Positions 40,001-53,055 of a stretch of DNA of 64,000 bases are shown here, piece after piece. The position numbers were made by a program, and so were the translations under genes. How positions within the stretch are numbered: the first letter of the stretch is position 1; each line of letters opens with the position of its first letter. The notes beneath the pieces were generated by a model. The model was not told the origin of the DNA. It ran no database searches and worked only from the letters and a program-made list of their open reading frames with translations. Source of the stretch: Tubiluchus corallicola (Eukaryota; Animalia; Priapulida); assembly GCA_030141605.1 (NCBI GenBank), contig JAQGDQ010000218.1, positions 186,001-250,000 on the forward strand, given 5' to 3'.

Positions 40001-42270
40001 AGAACCGTACATTCATTCCATTTCATGATGAAGTTAAGAAGGCTTAAAATGCCGTCTTAAAAAAAGCAATAGCATCTTGTGCATAAATCAGCATTAATAA
40101 ATAACACGTAGAAAAATTTTTGCATTTTCACATCAAATTATTAAAAATGGTCGGGAATGCAGTTAGCAAGGCAGTGTCTTTAAAACGATTGTATTAATCC
40201 ATTTCTGGCTATGCACCACAGCCTCGTATGCACTATAAACCCTACTGCATCAAACACAAGAGGGCATTATTTTTCTCGCATATTTTAGTTACGAGAAACT
40301 ATACGAGAAAGTATGATGTAAAGTTCGTACATACAAAATCAATTCATACTGTTTAAACTTTTTACAGAGCTGTTTCTGAGTAAACAATATCAGTAGCATT
40401 TTTTCTAACCAACATAGTTTGAGCAGTACAAAACGAGATGCCAATAGCTATCTTACTTCAGATTCTCCATCTCGATAGATTCTTGACAGAGCCAGCAATT
40501 TCATAAATGTTTGGCATGGCTATCTCTTGACAACCATTTGGCTGTCATGAATAAACAATTCTTTCTCTAACTCAAACTGTACTGACTAACTATTTATTTA
40601 GAGATAACTTATTTGTACTGATTTAAACGGAAAAAGTATAACAAATTGGTTAACCAAAAAACTGTTCACAACAATGAAGGCTGAAAACCCCTTTTTACAA
40701 AAATTTCTCAAAATGCGTAACCACTCAAGAAACGGTTGTTATGTTGCGATTAGCAAAACAGAGTTAATTTCCACATTTACTGACTTTATTCCATATCAGA
40801 AATTAAAAAGAGATGGCTTGGTTATCAGGCAAATTTAAAAAACCCTTTCCATTCGGTTACTATTTATTTATACATGGCCCACTTTGAAATTGTAATGCAT
40901 TGGCAATCCAGAAGTAGTTTAGTTTTACCTTTAACACTTGTAGCAACCCATTTTTCACTTTTAACGTGGCTTTCACACAAAACATTACATTTCCGAGATT
41001 GTGTTGGCTGCGAAAAAAGCCACTTTCAATTAAGCAGATCATACATAGTAACGAAAACTATGACAAATTATTTACAATTTCTTATTTTATCCACAGTTCT
41101 TGTGAAGTTGCTATGGTAACTATAAGAGGAATCGCTTTTTTCAGTGATAAAAATAATTTGCATTTTCACAGAACACTACCAACTGCATTTTTTACACTTT
41201 ACAATTGCATTCTCTCCTTGAAGTAAATTATACGTGCTAGGCAAATGTTATGTAATATTTTAAAGGTGTCACCATGTTTCCAACCGGATCTTCAAAATAC
41301 TAGTGTGCATTTGCTATAAAGCAAAATGGTTTAATGAATTATAGGAATAACGCAAGCTCCAAATGTTTTTAAGGTACCAGTGCAAACAGCCTAAATGTAC
41401 ATTCACGGTGCAAAAATAGCATGGACAAGAGAATCAACAAACTGACACCAAAATAAATATGCCTCAATCCTTGCTATGATGTTGGAAAAAAATGAAAGCA
41501 TCTTTAAGCCTAGAAATTTTTGTTCACTAGATGTCAAAATTTCACCTAAAATTACAGACAGAAACTCAAATTTCTGTAAATAAACTGGTAAAATTCAAAA
41601 ATCCAATTAAAAAATCCAATAGTCATTTGGTTTAATCCCTGCACAGGTTTTTTGTTTTATTTTTATTAAAAGTAAGCTTGGGTGGCTAATAATTTATAAA
41701 TTTGATGATTCAAATTTCTAATTTTTGTTGTTCTACATTTTAAAGTTATTGTAACAAATAACAATTGAATGAAAAGGATACGTTTACACGTAGAGAGGTT
41801 TGCTCCATGATTTCCTACAAAAGGAATTATCACAGGTTATCATTTAAACAGAAAACAATTTTTACATAATTCGTAAAACCGCACTTCTGATTGAGGGTCT
41901 GCCAAAAATCTGTACAGCTTTTGTAAAAAATAGTTCAGAGAGCAATCTGTACTGGAAGCTACACAACTGGTGATTTTTCTGCATGGCTTTTCGTATAAAC
42001 GAAATAACATAGAGCAATTAATAGTGGAAAACCAAGTGGGAAATCACACAGAAAACCGCTCTATGTATAAATAGTCCCCGAGTGAGTGCAATGTGTTTTG
42101 TAAACACTAAACACACCACGAGGCAATGCAGTGACACCATAATGATAATGGAATAACAGCAGGCCAAACACAAGAATATTTAGTGTAAAACTTGTGCAGC
42201 ATAAAACCCAAGAAATTCAATCAAAAAATGAACGATAATAATATTATTATATAAATAAAACAAATGAACT

Positions 42271-42360
42271 TTATGACATTTGTTCAGTTGCTGATTCATG
42301 TTGAGTAGCACCTCCAGCCAAATTGTCTGTGTTTTCTTGTTTCATCATGCCAGATATCAT
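42271..42360 (-). CDS. TVP23: TVP23, candidate last exon
   Basis: ATTTTTCTAG acceptor, phase 0, reads MISGMMKQENTDNLAGGATQHESATEQMS*. One of three candidates. Confidence 0.55.
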   Translation of the reverse strand: MISGMMKQENTDNLAGGATQHESATEQMS

Positions 42361-45300
42361 CTAGAAAAATTACATACATATAAGAATATTGTAAACACAG
42401 TAAGAACAAGCTACAACAATGGATTTGCTTATCGCTGGATAAAAGCAGGTATATTATATAATTATTAGTTTTACTCACACTCGTAAAATCACACCAAATA
42501 TTATACAAATAAATAAAAACCAAAATTAACTAATAATATTAGCAAGCAATGCTAATGTATATAATTAACTGAAAGTAAAATATGTTAGTATGGCATACAA
42601 CTCATTCTTATTAAAAAAATTCAAAACATTTATGTTCAAGAGCTCACATAACTTCTTTAATTTAGCCCACTATAGAAGATGAATTAAATTAAGAATTACG
42701 CGCAAAGCAACTGGCTATATGATTTTTTACTATCAAGCAGCTATGATAAATTTTATCAAATTTAATTCTAAAGTTTTCTTACTACAATATTCCAAACCGT
42801 ATTTAATTTAGAAGTTTTAATAATGGGTTTCCAAATTTGACTTTCGCAGTTAGTGTGACAGTAACTACGGAAGACAAGTGATTTTAAAACTGAGTAAGCA
42901 AAATTAGCAATAAAGTAATTAGCTCGGTACACAAATTATTGCATTTAACTGAACTATCCTCATTGCCTTGTACATCGAAAGTTAAAATCTGACCCAAGTG
43001 AGTAAGCTGATTACAAAAAATGACTGCCTATTTCAACTAAAAATAGAGGACTGTTGTTTTACTTTACACATACCTCTCCTAAATATAATACATTTGATCT
43101 TTACCTTGTTATTTTACACATAAAGAAATTTATATTGAAATGATTACCATAATTTTCACACATAATTACCATGTACTGCAAAGCTTTAGCATTAGATGTG
43201 AGCAATGATATATCATCGGCTTAGCCGAGAACTCCAGTGTAAAATATTACCAACTTCTCAATCATGCAATTTAACCAGAAATCCATCAATGTACACATCA
43301 ACTAAAACAGGAGATAAGATTGTCCACTGTTCTTACCCCATTAGAGAAATGTATTTTTTTTAGAAATGTAGTAATTCTATTTAATATTATAACATATTGC
43401 AACGTGTATAAATTTAACAAAACTTCTTATACAGTAGGGAATATTTCTATCAATTAATAAATTAAACAATTTACAGTAATAAACCTTTTCGAAAGTTTTT
43501 GATCTACAAGCACAGCACAATACAAGGGACAACCATTGTTTAAGTAATGAGTGACAGTTTCTTTAAGAGATATTCTGCATAAGGATGTGAATAATTTAGA
43601 TTTGAAACAGAATTGTTCATCTGATGTACATAGTAACTCACTGTGTTTACCCAAAATTAATAAATCTAAAAGTCTGCTTAGAGAAGTCAATGCAGTGCCT
43701 CAGTAGTTACCTGTGGTTAATAATACCTCCTTTATCTTCAATTATGAGTACTACGTTAAAACAAAGAAAATTATTAGGAAATGTGGATATCATGTTGAGC
43801 AACATACTTAAAGTGAACAAATAAGAGGGTGAGTCATTTATTACATGATCAGAAGCAAGACCAGCAGATCCGTGTCTTTACCAGATTTTAGGTGATTAAT
43901 AGCTGTAACTGTCATTCACAGAAAACAAAAAGCATTTGGTACGTTCAATATTATTATAAACATGTTTATATAAAAGCTACATTTCGTTAGTATCATAGAC
44001 AACGATGTTGTAAAGTTGTATGTATTCCTCAGAAAATAAGTTTAGATGTTGTTGTACTAATAGACAAGTTTATTTGCTGTTGACGTTCTATGAACAATTG
44101 CTTACATCATGAAAGCTGACAAAATTGCAGAGTACAAAAGAAAACTGATAAAATTTCTGGTAAAACATGGAAGTAAACAAATTTCAATGACAAGGGTGTA
44201 ATTAAATAAATAACAAAATAAGTAACAAAATACACTCCCGTCTTTTAAACTCTATAATTTTAAATACTATAAATTACTAAAATTCCTATAATGTATGTTT
44301 CAGATTATCATGCCAACTACGGTAGTCCGAACAGCTATTCGTAAAAGAATATCTGGTATCACCAGATTTGTCACTTGATAACAGCTAGGCTCTTCGTTCC
44401 ACTTCCAAATTTGGCGACTCAAAAAGTAGTAAAAACTTGGACAAGTAGGTTTAATAGCATCCTTTATACGATAATGTATATACGAATATACGTAGCCAAA
44501 TATACGATAATGAATCAAACAGAATGATAACTAATAAAGCATCTTCTTACTTTCAAAAACTCTCATTTTTAGAAAAATACGGTTGAATTTGTAAAATACC
44601 ATAATTCTAATTACAATAATTGTAGTTTAGTAATACGAAGCAAACTAGACATTCTGCTGACATTGAATTAACAGTAACTAATTCATATTTGAACAAACCT
44701 AAATAAAACAAATTACTTGTCAGATCGACCACGAAGATTATCGTGATTAAAAGTTATAAGCTCATGACAACGACTGTGCACAGTCTGAATTCATTAATAA
44801 CTTTGAGTGATTTTTCATGTAATCTGCAGGAACAATCTTGAATGAGCATCGAGTACAATAAAGTTGAGATGAAATCAACAGAATTTGCATTTTGCTTGAT
44901 TCATGTTGTAGCTGCAGGAAAATGAATAAATAATGCTAAATAAACTAAAATAATAATCAATAAGTAAGACAAAGAAAAAAAGTTAGGGTCTGCATATACA
45001 CTAGTCTGAACAGCAAATTCTAACAAAACCTTTTAATTTAGGCTCAAAACTTATGAATAAGCTTTCGCACTCATCAAGATTGGACAATCAGTTAGCATCA
45101 CAAGGTCTTGTGAAGAAGAAATTGTACTCAACCTTAACATTTATCCAATAAAGCAAACAATGTCTGCTGCAGGGAAGGCATAAATGAGACCTTCATGACA
45201 TTACACAGATTAGTGCTCACTTGCTTATGGTATTAGTGGGGCTGCTGCCTCTACTCAGCTGGTGAACTTCTTAGAGACAAAGACATTTATTTACTGCTGT

Positions 45301-45579
45301 TCATTTAACAGGTAAAATTATCACTAATGGATAACAGGCTATTTAGTGACTTAAAACAAAAGAAATATATGCACTGAGGTTGGCAGCCACTAGTCTCAAA
45401 CCTAAGAGTGCCACAAAGACTATGCTTATGCACATGGAAGCACTAAAGCTGTGAAGATAATTAGTACTATAATTTGTTACTATATTTAGTTTCTTAACAT
45501 TTTCTACAGGCAATATAAATAAGTTAGTATATACTTTAATAAACTTTCTTACAAGCAATGCTAATAAATTATTATTTAG

Positions 45580-45627
<48 letters not shown>
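45580..45627. repeat. (TTA)n microsatellite
   Basis: Directly visible. Confidence 0.9.
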
Positions 45628-45630
<3 letters not shown>

Positions 45631-47101
45631 ATCACTTATTTTCACAAACCAAATTAAGTTTTAAAGTTTCTAATAAATTATAAGATGCAAAATGATGCCT
45701 CACCAAACGTTTCTCAACTACTTGTACAAACCGACAAACCGACAAAGGATCAGTTACAAACCGAAGCCTCTGTGGGTATAACATGTATATACATATTATT
45801 TTCATGAGAAGCTTTTTTGATAGCTTGGACTTTATATTGTCCTTAGCTTCATAGCATAAATATTTTAATCCATCAGTTTGGATAAAATCTCTGAAAAGTG
45901 TTAGTGCTTAGCTTGTGTATAGTTCCCACACAAAGCCTGGTGAAAAATGAGCTGAATATTATATTATACAAAATTCAGTATGTAGTAAATTAACACACTA
46001 ATATGATAGCAAATTACAAAGAAATTAATTACAATAGCTTGGATGCAAGTAAATTAAATTAGCACATGGAACACAGCTTAAGGAGTCACAAGAAATAAAA
46101 TGTTGTAATTAATCATCTAAAGATAAAAAAGCCAGAAAGCTGTAAATTCTTATCATAAGCAGTTTTGATTACGTTCAACAATGACACAAAAATTATAAAG
46201 CACATGCACAAAATTACAAATAGTAATGAAACACAGAGTTTAAAAGCTACAGACTAAATGGGGTGTTTAATGAATTTATGAAGACATCACAGGCAAAAGA
46301 AAAATACATCATAAATATATTTAACAGTACAGTTGGATTGCTGCTAACTTATGTTTTACAAACATAACCTACAAACTGTTAACTTGCAATTTTTTTGAGA
46401 AGCTGTTGCATGCAGACATGTAAAAAATAAATTTAGGTATTACTTTGGGAAACTATGATGTTTCCATGCCAGTTACTAAATTCTGAACTAAAATTTTGTC
46501 ATTAGTCAATGTTCCGCAAGCCTCCAGATATCATGCTAGTCATGTTGAACTGCAAAAACTTAATTATAGGATTTTAGCACTTGCTAAAACAATTTACTTA
46601 CTACTTAAGTAATGCAAGAACTGATTAGAAATGAAGAAACTAACTAAAATAGATGTGACATCACATATAAAAATATTTACATACCCATACATCTGTACAC
46701 AAAAAAGTCAACAGCTTTATTATTGTTCTAATACTAATGCATAAATTATACAGCAGCAATATACATATTATAACTAGCAATATCTTATCAATGCTGGTTA
46801 AAGCCGAATTTAGAAAAGCGAACCATTGTATTAAAGAAAAACTAAAGTACATTTACAAAATCATTGTATAAAGGTAATTACATGGTAAAATACTGCAACT
46901 GTCAGGATTAAATTGCTAATAAAGATAAAACTTCACAAAAAATTGATTAGTAGACTGCAACATTTCCCACACCTGTTCATGCTACTGCAATAGCCTTTCT
47001 ATGTGGGTTGCTCTGTAAATCTACCACACAAAATACCACACTAGTAAGATATTAATCAAAATTACCATTGTGATTCATCATAATACTCACTATTTGCTTA
47101 C

Positions 47102-47230
47102 ATTTCTGAACATCTGCTGGCCCAGGAAATTGGTCGCTATTGACGTGAATTTCTGCTTGTTGCCAATCTTACAGCGAACGTATCCAAATAAATTTGCTCC
47201 ATTTAATATTACACTAACCAGTACCACCAT
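47102..47230 (-). CDS. TVP23: TVP23 Golgi membrane protein, exon
   Basis: Reads MVVLVSVILNGANLFGYVRCKIGNKQKFTSIATNFLGQQMFRN (ANLxGYxRC motif). AG acceptor and GTAAGC donor, phase 0-0. Confidence 0.92.
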
Positions 47231-49950
47231 CTAAAGAAAAAACAAATTATGAGTATAAATAAAAAAGAAGCAACATGTTTCAACATGACATGTACATAAA
47301 TGTGTAAAAACGTCTCAATCCTTTGCAATCAGTTTGAACCAATAAGAGTAAAAATACTACTAGTTTTTATACTGTTTGGCACACTACAAGGCGAATCACA
47401 AATTTAAAGGCCATGCACATGAAACGGGCTAATAACAATCTTAATATCGACATCTGCTTATTTTACAAATTGTATTAAGCTTAGGAATTTGTGTGTAGTA
47501 ATGTCAGCAGTTGGCAACTTACAGCACATATTTTAGAATGTGATTCAAGCACATTTACATTTTTACAATTAAGATAAAACAAAATAACTCTGGCTTGTCA
47601 TTTACAAGTGTAATGGGGTTTTTCTTCTTAACTTACAACTTTCAATTCGGTTCCGTGATAACCACAGAATAGTGAAAAAATTAAATAGAAACCCTTTGAT
47701 ATGTGATTGGTATGAATTACTTTTTACAAAGAGTTAAAGGTGCAGTGGAACTTGATTATATCTGGGAACTGAATGAAACTTGATTATATTCACTCACTGA
47801 AGTTTGAATCTGCATAGGATCAGCATACACATATAGTTTCACAATACAAAAACAGTCCAAGATTAAGAGCTTGAGGTATTTAAACACACATTAATTAAAA
47901 ATAGTTTATACCTGGCTTTAACCTTTTCAAGCTCATTTTGAAGAAATATGCTAATTTATTCTTTTGATCGTTGCGTTACATAGGCCTAAGATAACAAGCA
48001 AGCAGCAACGAAGTAGTAACAAAAAATGTTTGAGCCAACTATTTTAGCATCTGTAAATAATCACCGAGGTTGTTGTATTATGACATGCAACGATGTGTAA
48101 AAAGCATTTACGGCTTGAACAGCTGACAATACATAGTATGTTCTTAGTGGTTCTGCTAAGCATGTGTAAACACTAGTTCATAAGGGTAAGCAGTGTAAGA
48201 GTCCATACCTGTGCAAGGTAATTTTTAAACATTGGGCACCACTATTTTTATGCTTTTTGTTCCACTTGCATTAGCTTTAAGGCCTCGTGTGGACATGTAG
48301 TTTTTGGTTGCACAACTTTGCTGCTGCAATTTCTTTGTGTGCAGCGCGCAGACAACCGTACATGTCGCAGACATGCAATTTTTAATTGTGCAAATGGTAC
48401 TCTGGAGCAAAGTACTGAGTATGGAAGTCGAGGAAATTGCCTGTATTAGTAGTGTTTTTGCACTATTACTTCCCAAAAAAGAGAAATGAAATTTTTCTTA
48501 CACAAACGTCTTAAGTATTGCGTGAATAACTAACCAGTGGTTGAAAGGCAAATATGTTACCTTGCGGATACATCCTAGTAAATGCTTTAGTTACTATAGC
48601 ATGGCTGAGTCCAAGGAGATTTAATAAACTTTTGCAATTTAATGGGTTGTCCGTTACCTCTCTTGAGATCAAATAGATGGAAAAATATTAACCCAGTGAA
48701 ATGATTCTCATCCTCGGCCTTACCTTATATCTCTGACGTGTGTATTTACAATTAACCGTTTATTTACTATACCATGTACTGTATCAGCTGTAATATATTA
48801 GTATACATCATTACCTTAACAACAAAATCTGCATAAAAGTGAATGAATGGAAGAACTGAAGTAGTTCAAACACTCAACATCCAGTACGATACAAATGTGT
48901 TTCAGAGAAATCAGTTCATATGAAAACGTTAAATTATTTTGTCATGTATATTTTACATAATTTACAGTTTATACAGTTCCTAGTGAGGGTGAATCTTTTT
49001 GCGGAGGCAAATTTGACTGACACAAGCTTCAGTAAGAAGTAATGGCCATTATCATAATTATTGTTAAGTGATGTTTATCATTGTAAAAGTACACAATAAC
49101 AGGGAGAACATCAGCAGATACTAGAAATGTGGCGTTTGTACCGAGATGTGTTCACAGTGTGCTGTTCACATTGAAAAGTTCATATCTTGATCACCTATTT
49201 ACTGAGTATCACCGAATTTTTTGAAATATTGTAGCAAAAGCAGTAAAAACAATTTATTTTCATTAATTTGTTTTTCTGTTATATCATTCATATGTTTGAT
49301 AATGTCTCTTCATAAGACACTACCTTCTTCTTACACTTAATTATTGCATTTTGACTAAAAGTAGTGTAATTAAAAAAATGCATGTCTGTGCACAGCATTA
49401 AAAATGGTATGTACATTACAAACCAGTTGTGCAACTAAAAGTTTGAGCCCACACTACAACTTTTTGTTGGGCAATTTATAGTTGTACATAATGTTGTGCT
49501 TTCATAGATTTAGTTACAGATTTTGCTTACATGGGCTTACACATTCACGAAGATATGCAGGCCACTAATCGCATTCTTACGCACATATGGCATTCCATTT
49601 CTACTGTTTACTTCATAAAAACAATAACGCAAAAATAGCCTAAACAGGTTTGTAATAAACCTTTATGCAAAAGTTCTTTTCTAAAGTCAAAATCTGAGCT
49701 CAGAAATTTTATTACTGCCATTATATACTTTTGATGATAAAGAAGGCAATAAATGTTCAAAACATGTAGTCAAGCATAAATGTGCAATAAAAATATATCA
49801 TGGCTATACATTTTAAATCACTTTATAGGATATATGATTATATGCACAGTATCATGCTATGGAACAACCCGACTACATAAATCTTCATAATTTAATGGAC
49901 AGTTTAGTTAATGCACAATAGGTAAGACAAAATGTTACAGCAGTACTTAC

Positions 49951-50070
49951 AAACCATGCAAATTCAAGCCTAAACAGAGTCACAAACAGAAAAGCACACC
50001 AAATGACAGGATAGATAACTAGAGTCATCCAGAATAACCGAATTTCTGTTGCAATGTATTTATTGCTTTT
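49951..50070 (-). CDS. TVP23: TVP23, exon
   Basis: Reads KSNKYIATEIRLFWMTLVIYPVIWCAFLFVTLFRLEFAWF (ExRxFW..PxxW). TTTCAG acceptor and GTAAGT donor, phase 0-0. Confidence 0.92.
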
Positions 50071-50912
50071 CTGAAATTTGCAAAAAAAAATCAGTCACTT
50101 TAATGTATCGTAAAACAGATGCCATCACTTTTCCATTTGCAATCTTCATTTGAAAAACTCCTCAATGTCAGAAACATTAATATTACAATAACTGAGTATA
50201 AAGCATAGAAAGTAGTACATAAATGTGTTCAGCAGCTTAGTAATACTACCACATTCTAAACTTAAACACTGCTAAACGCTGTAAATTTTTGTACTTTCAA
50301 GTCAGTCAATTACATAATGCATAAACCAAAAATTGGCTGCTGTGGCGCCATCTGTTAAATAATTACAATAATGTAAAAATTAAATTTTTAACTTGAGAAT
50401 ACAGGCATTAGCAACTATGGCAAATCTAAAAAATGTAAAACTTGTAAAGTGAAAAATGTAATATGCATGACGTCTATTGCACCTGCAGTTTTCCTTTTAC
50501 CTAGAAATTTCACATTTTACGTAAACATCAGGCTCCTACTAGCAATGCTTTCTAAAAATTTCTAAAATTTCTAAATGCTTTATTATAAACCTTCAAAGTT
50601 TCTACTATTAAGCAAAAGTTGGTTCTGTGGGAATCCAGTGTAATCAAAAGCAGTAAAGTCAGCAAAAATATGAAGACCATCTTTATTTTACACATTTCCA
50701 GAGTTTCCATTAAATGTTTGAAGTACAGAGGTACTGAACGCTTTTGTGAAAGCTCTGGATATTTGGAGAATGAGGACGATTTAGTTATAATTATTGCTGA
50801 TTTCTATATTTTTGTTTCTAGTAGTAATCTTTATTGGACTTTTCAAAATTACTTGCCTATGCCTTAAGTCGATGTAAATAATATTAAAAAAGATACTGAG
50901 AAAAGTTCTTAC

Positions 50913-51147
50913 CTTACTGGCTTCATAAACCCAGTGACTGTTTCCATCCTCATCTATGTAATTCCACCACCGAAGCCCCGCTAACAAACGACCACTTATA
51001 TTTTTCACTGTCCAAAAGTCCATAGCTAGTAATACAACTATCACCACAAAATTTACAACAAAGCTACTGATGAACCAACTAAAAAACAGATAGACTAGAA
51101 TGGCACTAGTTCGGAATAACAGATGGAAAAGAACAACGAATGGATGC
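50913..51147 (-). CDS. TVP23: TVP23, exon with the family core motif
   Basis: Reads HPFVVLFHLLFR...DFWTVKNISGRLLAGLRWWNYIDEDGNSHWVYEASK, the TVP23/FAM18 hallmark. Phase 2-0. Confidence 0.96.
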
Positions 51148-52981
51148 CTGAAAAGAAAACAGCATTACATAAAAAATACCAGTTTGACGTGCTATCGGAG
51201 TTTGTATTAAAACATGTTAAAAATTTTAACAAAAACCATCAGTCAACCATAAATCACTTTCACACAGCTAGTACTTTCTTTTCACCTGAAAACTACCCAA
51301 ACAAAAATAATAACTAGTCTGGAATGCAAACCATCGAGTTACTCGGTTGCAACATATGTGCACGCGTTGCTTGGAGGTACTTGAAAAATGTACAAACTTC
51401 AATATTTAACATACTATGTTTTTTATGATGTACTTGCGTCGCTTCTTTTAAGTCATTCAACAATTTGTCTGCAATAGTACTGTATTGTAGCGTTACAGTA
51501 AAAACAACACCATATGCCATCCACACGAATCGTGACACGGTGCTACAAAATAACCGCAAAAAAACAGTTTGCTTAAAACATAGGCATAAAATGCACTCAG
51601 TGATGATCACTTATCAATAAAGCACGAACGTTCTACATAATCCTTGTCTCTGCTTCTCAAATCACAGTAATAATGCATGAGCATTCCACATAGTTTTTGC
51701 TTACTGCTCCTGAAATGATGGTAATGGTAACTGTTAATAGATATGATTTTTACAGTTGTCATAAACCTAAATTTCCTTAAAAACTTACAGCGTGTAAAGA
51801 CTAGAGAGTTTGCTCCCTGAAAGTAAACTTGCTATTGTGAACGACTTTGGGACTTCTCATGGCAAGTTTTTGGAAACTCTCCGAAAGTTGCTGAGAGTTC
51901 TTTCCCATAATAAGTGCAAGCTGATGGCACTCAGCAAAAACTTGCAACAGAACTCGCTCAGAGAGAACTTACAAGAGAAAATTCTAGTCTGAACATCCTA
52001 TTAGAATACACATTGTTTGCCTCACAATGAGTAAACAGCAGAGTTTTGTATTAAATCAGCAGCAACAACAAAAAAACAGGCACCACTGCAAAAGAGACAG
52101 CCTTATAGAGTTACTTCACTAGCAAGTAATCCAAAAATCAACAGCAAGTCGAATCTGTTGCTGTTCTGATCAATCAATTTTATTGAAACTAAGTAGCTCA
52201 AGATGTTTGACAAAAATCTCAATCATAAATTAACATTTGCACACTTCATGGGCCATTTCTATTATTTAATTGCTGTCCATAAGATAAAAACATACAGTGC
52301 GAATTTGCAACTAAAGCTGTTAACAATGGCAACATATTTACATTAACGATATATGATAACTTGTGAAAAAATAAAATAAAAACTTAGTAACAAATAAAAT
52401 TTTCTAGTTTCTAAACACAATATATCTGTAAAACAACAGTAAAATGCATAATATTCTAATTAAGCATATTACCAAAAATTATGATCGATTGTTAGTCGAT
52501 CAAATATCATTTAAATTGAAGGTCGACTATCGATCACAGAATGCGACTGATACTAAATGCTAGTCGATTGCCATATTTCGCAAAGAAAAAATGCATGGGA
52601 CATAATCCAAAAGTTATATTAGTATGGTGTCTTTTTAAAGAAACATAAAAATCATACGTGTAAATGATAATGCATATATAGCAAAATGACGGTTTCAACA
52701 AACCAAGAACAATGAGTACCAGTGCATAGTTAAGTAGGGGTGTTTGGAATTGAAGTTATCAAGACCCTGACCTCTGAACCTTAATCCAGAACTTTTTTTA
52801 CATCCCAAACCTCAATCTGGACCCGGACCACGCCCTGCACTTCGTCACCCCTACCGCCGTTAAGGCAATAAAAACCAATGGTGCTAGTTCTAGAACATTG
52901 GATATATTCTGCTACAACATAATTTCTTGATTTACGCTTTGCTTGTACGTGGTAACATCAAACATCAAATTATGATCTTAC

Positions 52982-53055
52982 TTAAGTTGCTTTTTGACAG
53001 GTTCATCTTCTGCACCAAAAGGTATAGTTACATCATCATTATCTTCCATAGCAGC
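52982..53055 (-). CDS. TVP23: TVP23, N-terminal exon
   Basis: TTTCTTTACAG acceptor, reads AAMEDNDDVTIPFGAEDEPVKKQLK, GTAAGA donor in phase 2 joins the HPF exon. In-frame ATG at 53049; the acceptor implies a further upstream exon. Confidence 0.85.

Noticed and set aside
52735-52853. TAGGGGTG...CACCCCTA mini-element
   Set aside because: Only an 8-9-bp inverted repeat and no TSD; too weak to call.
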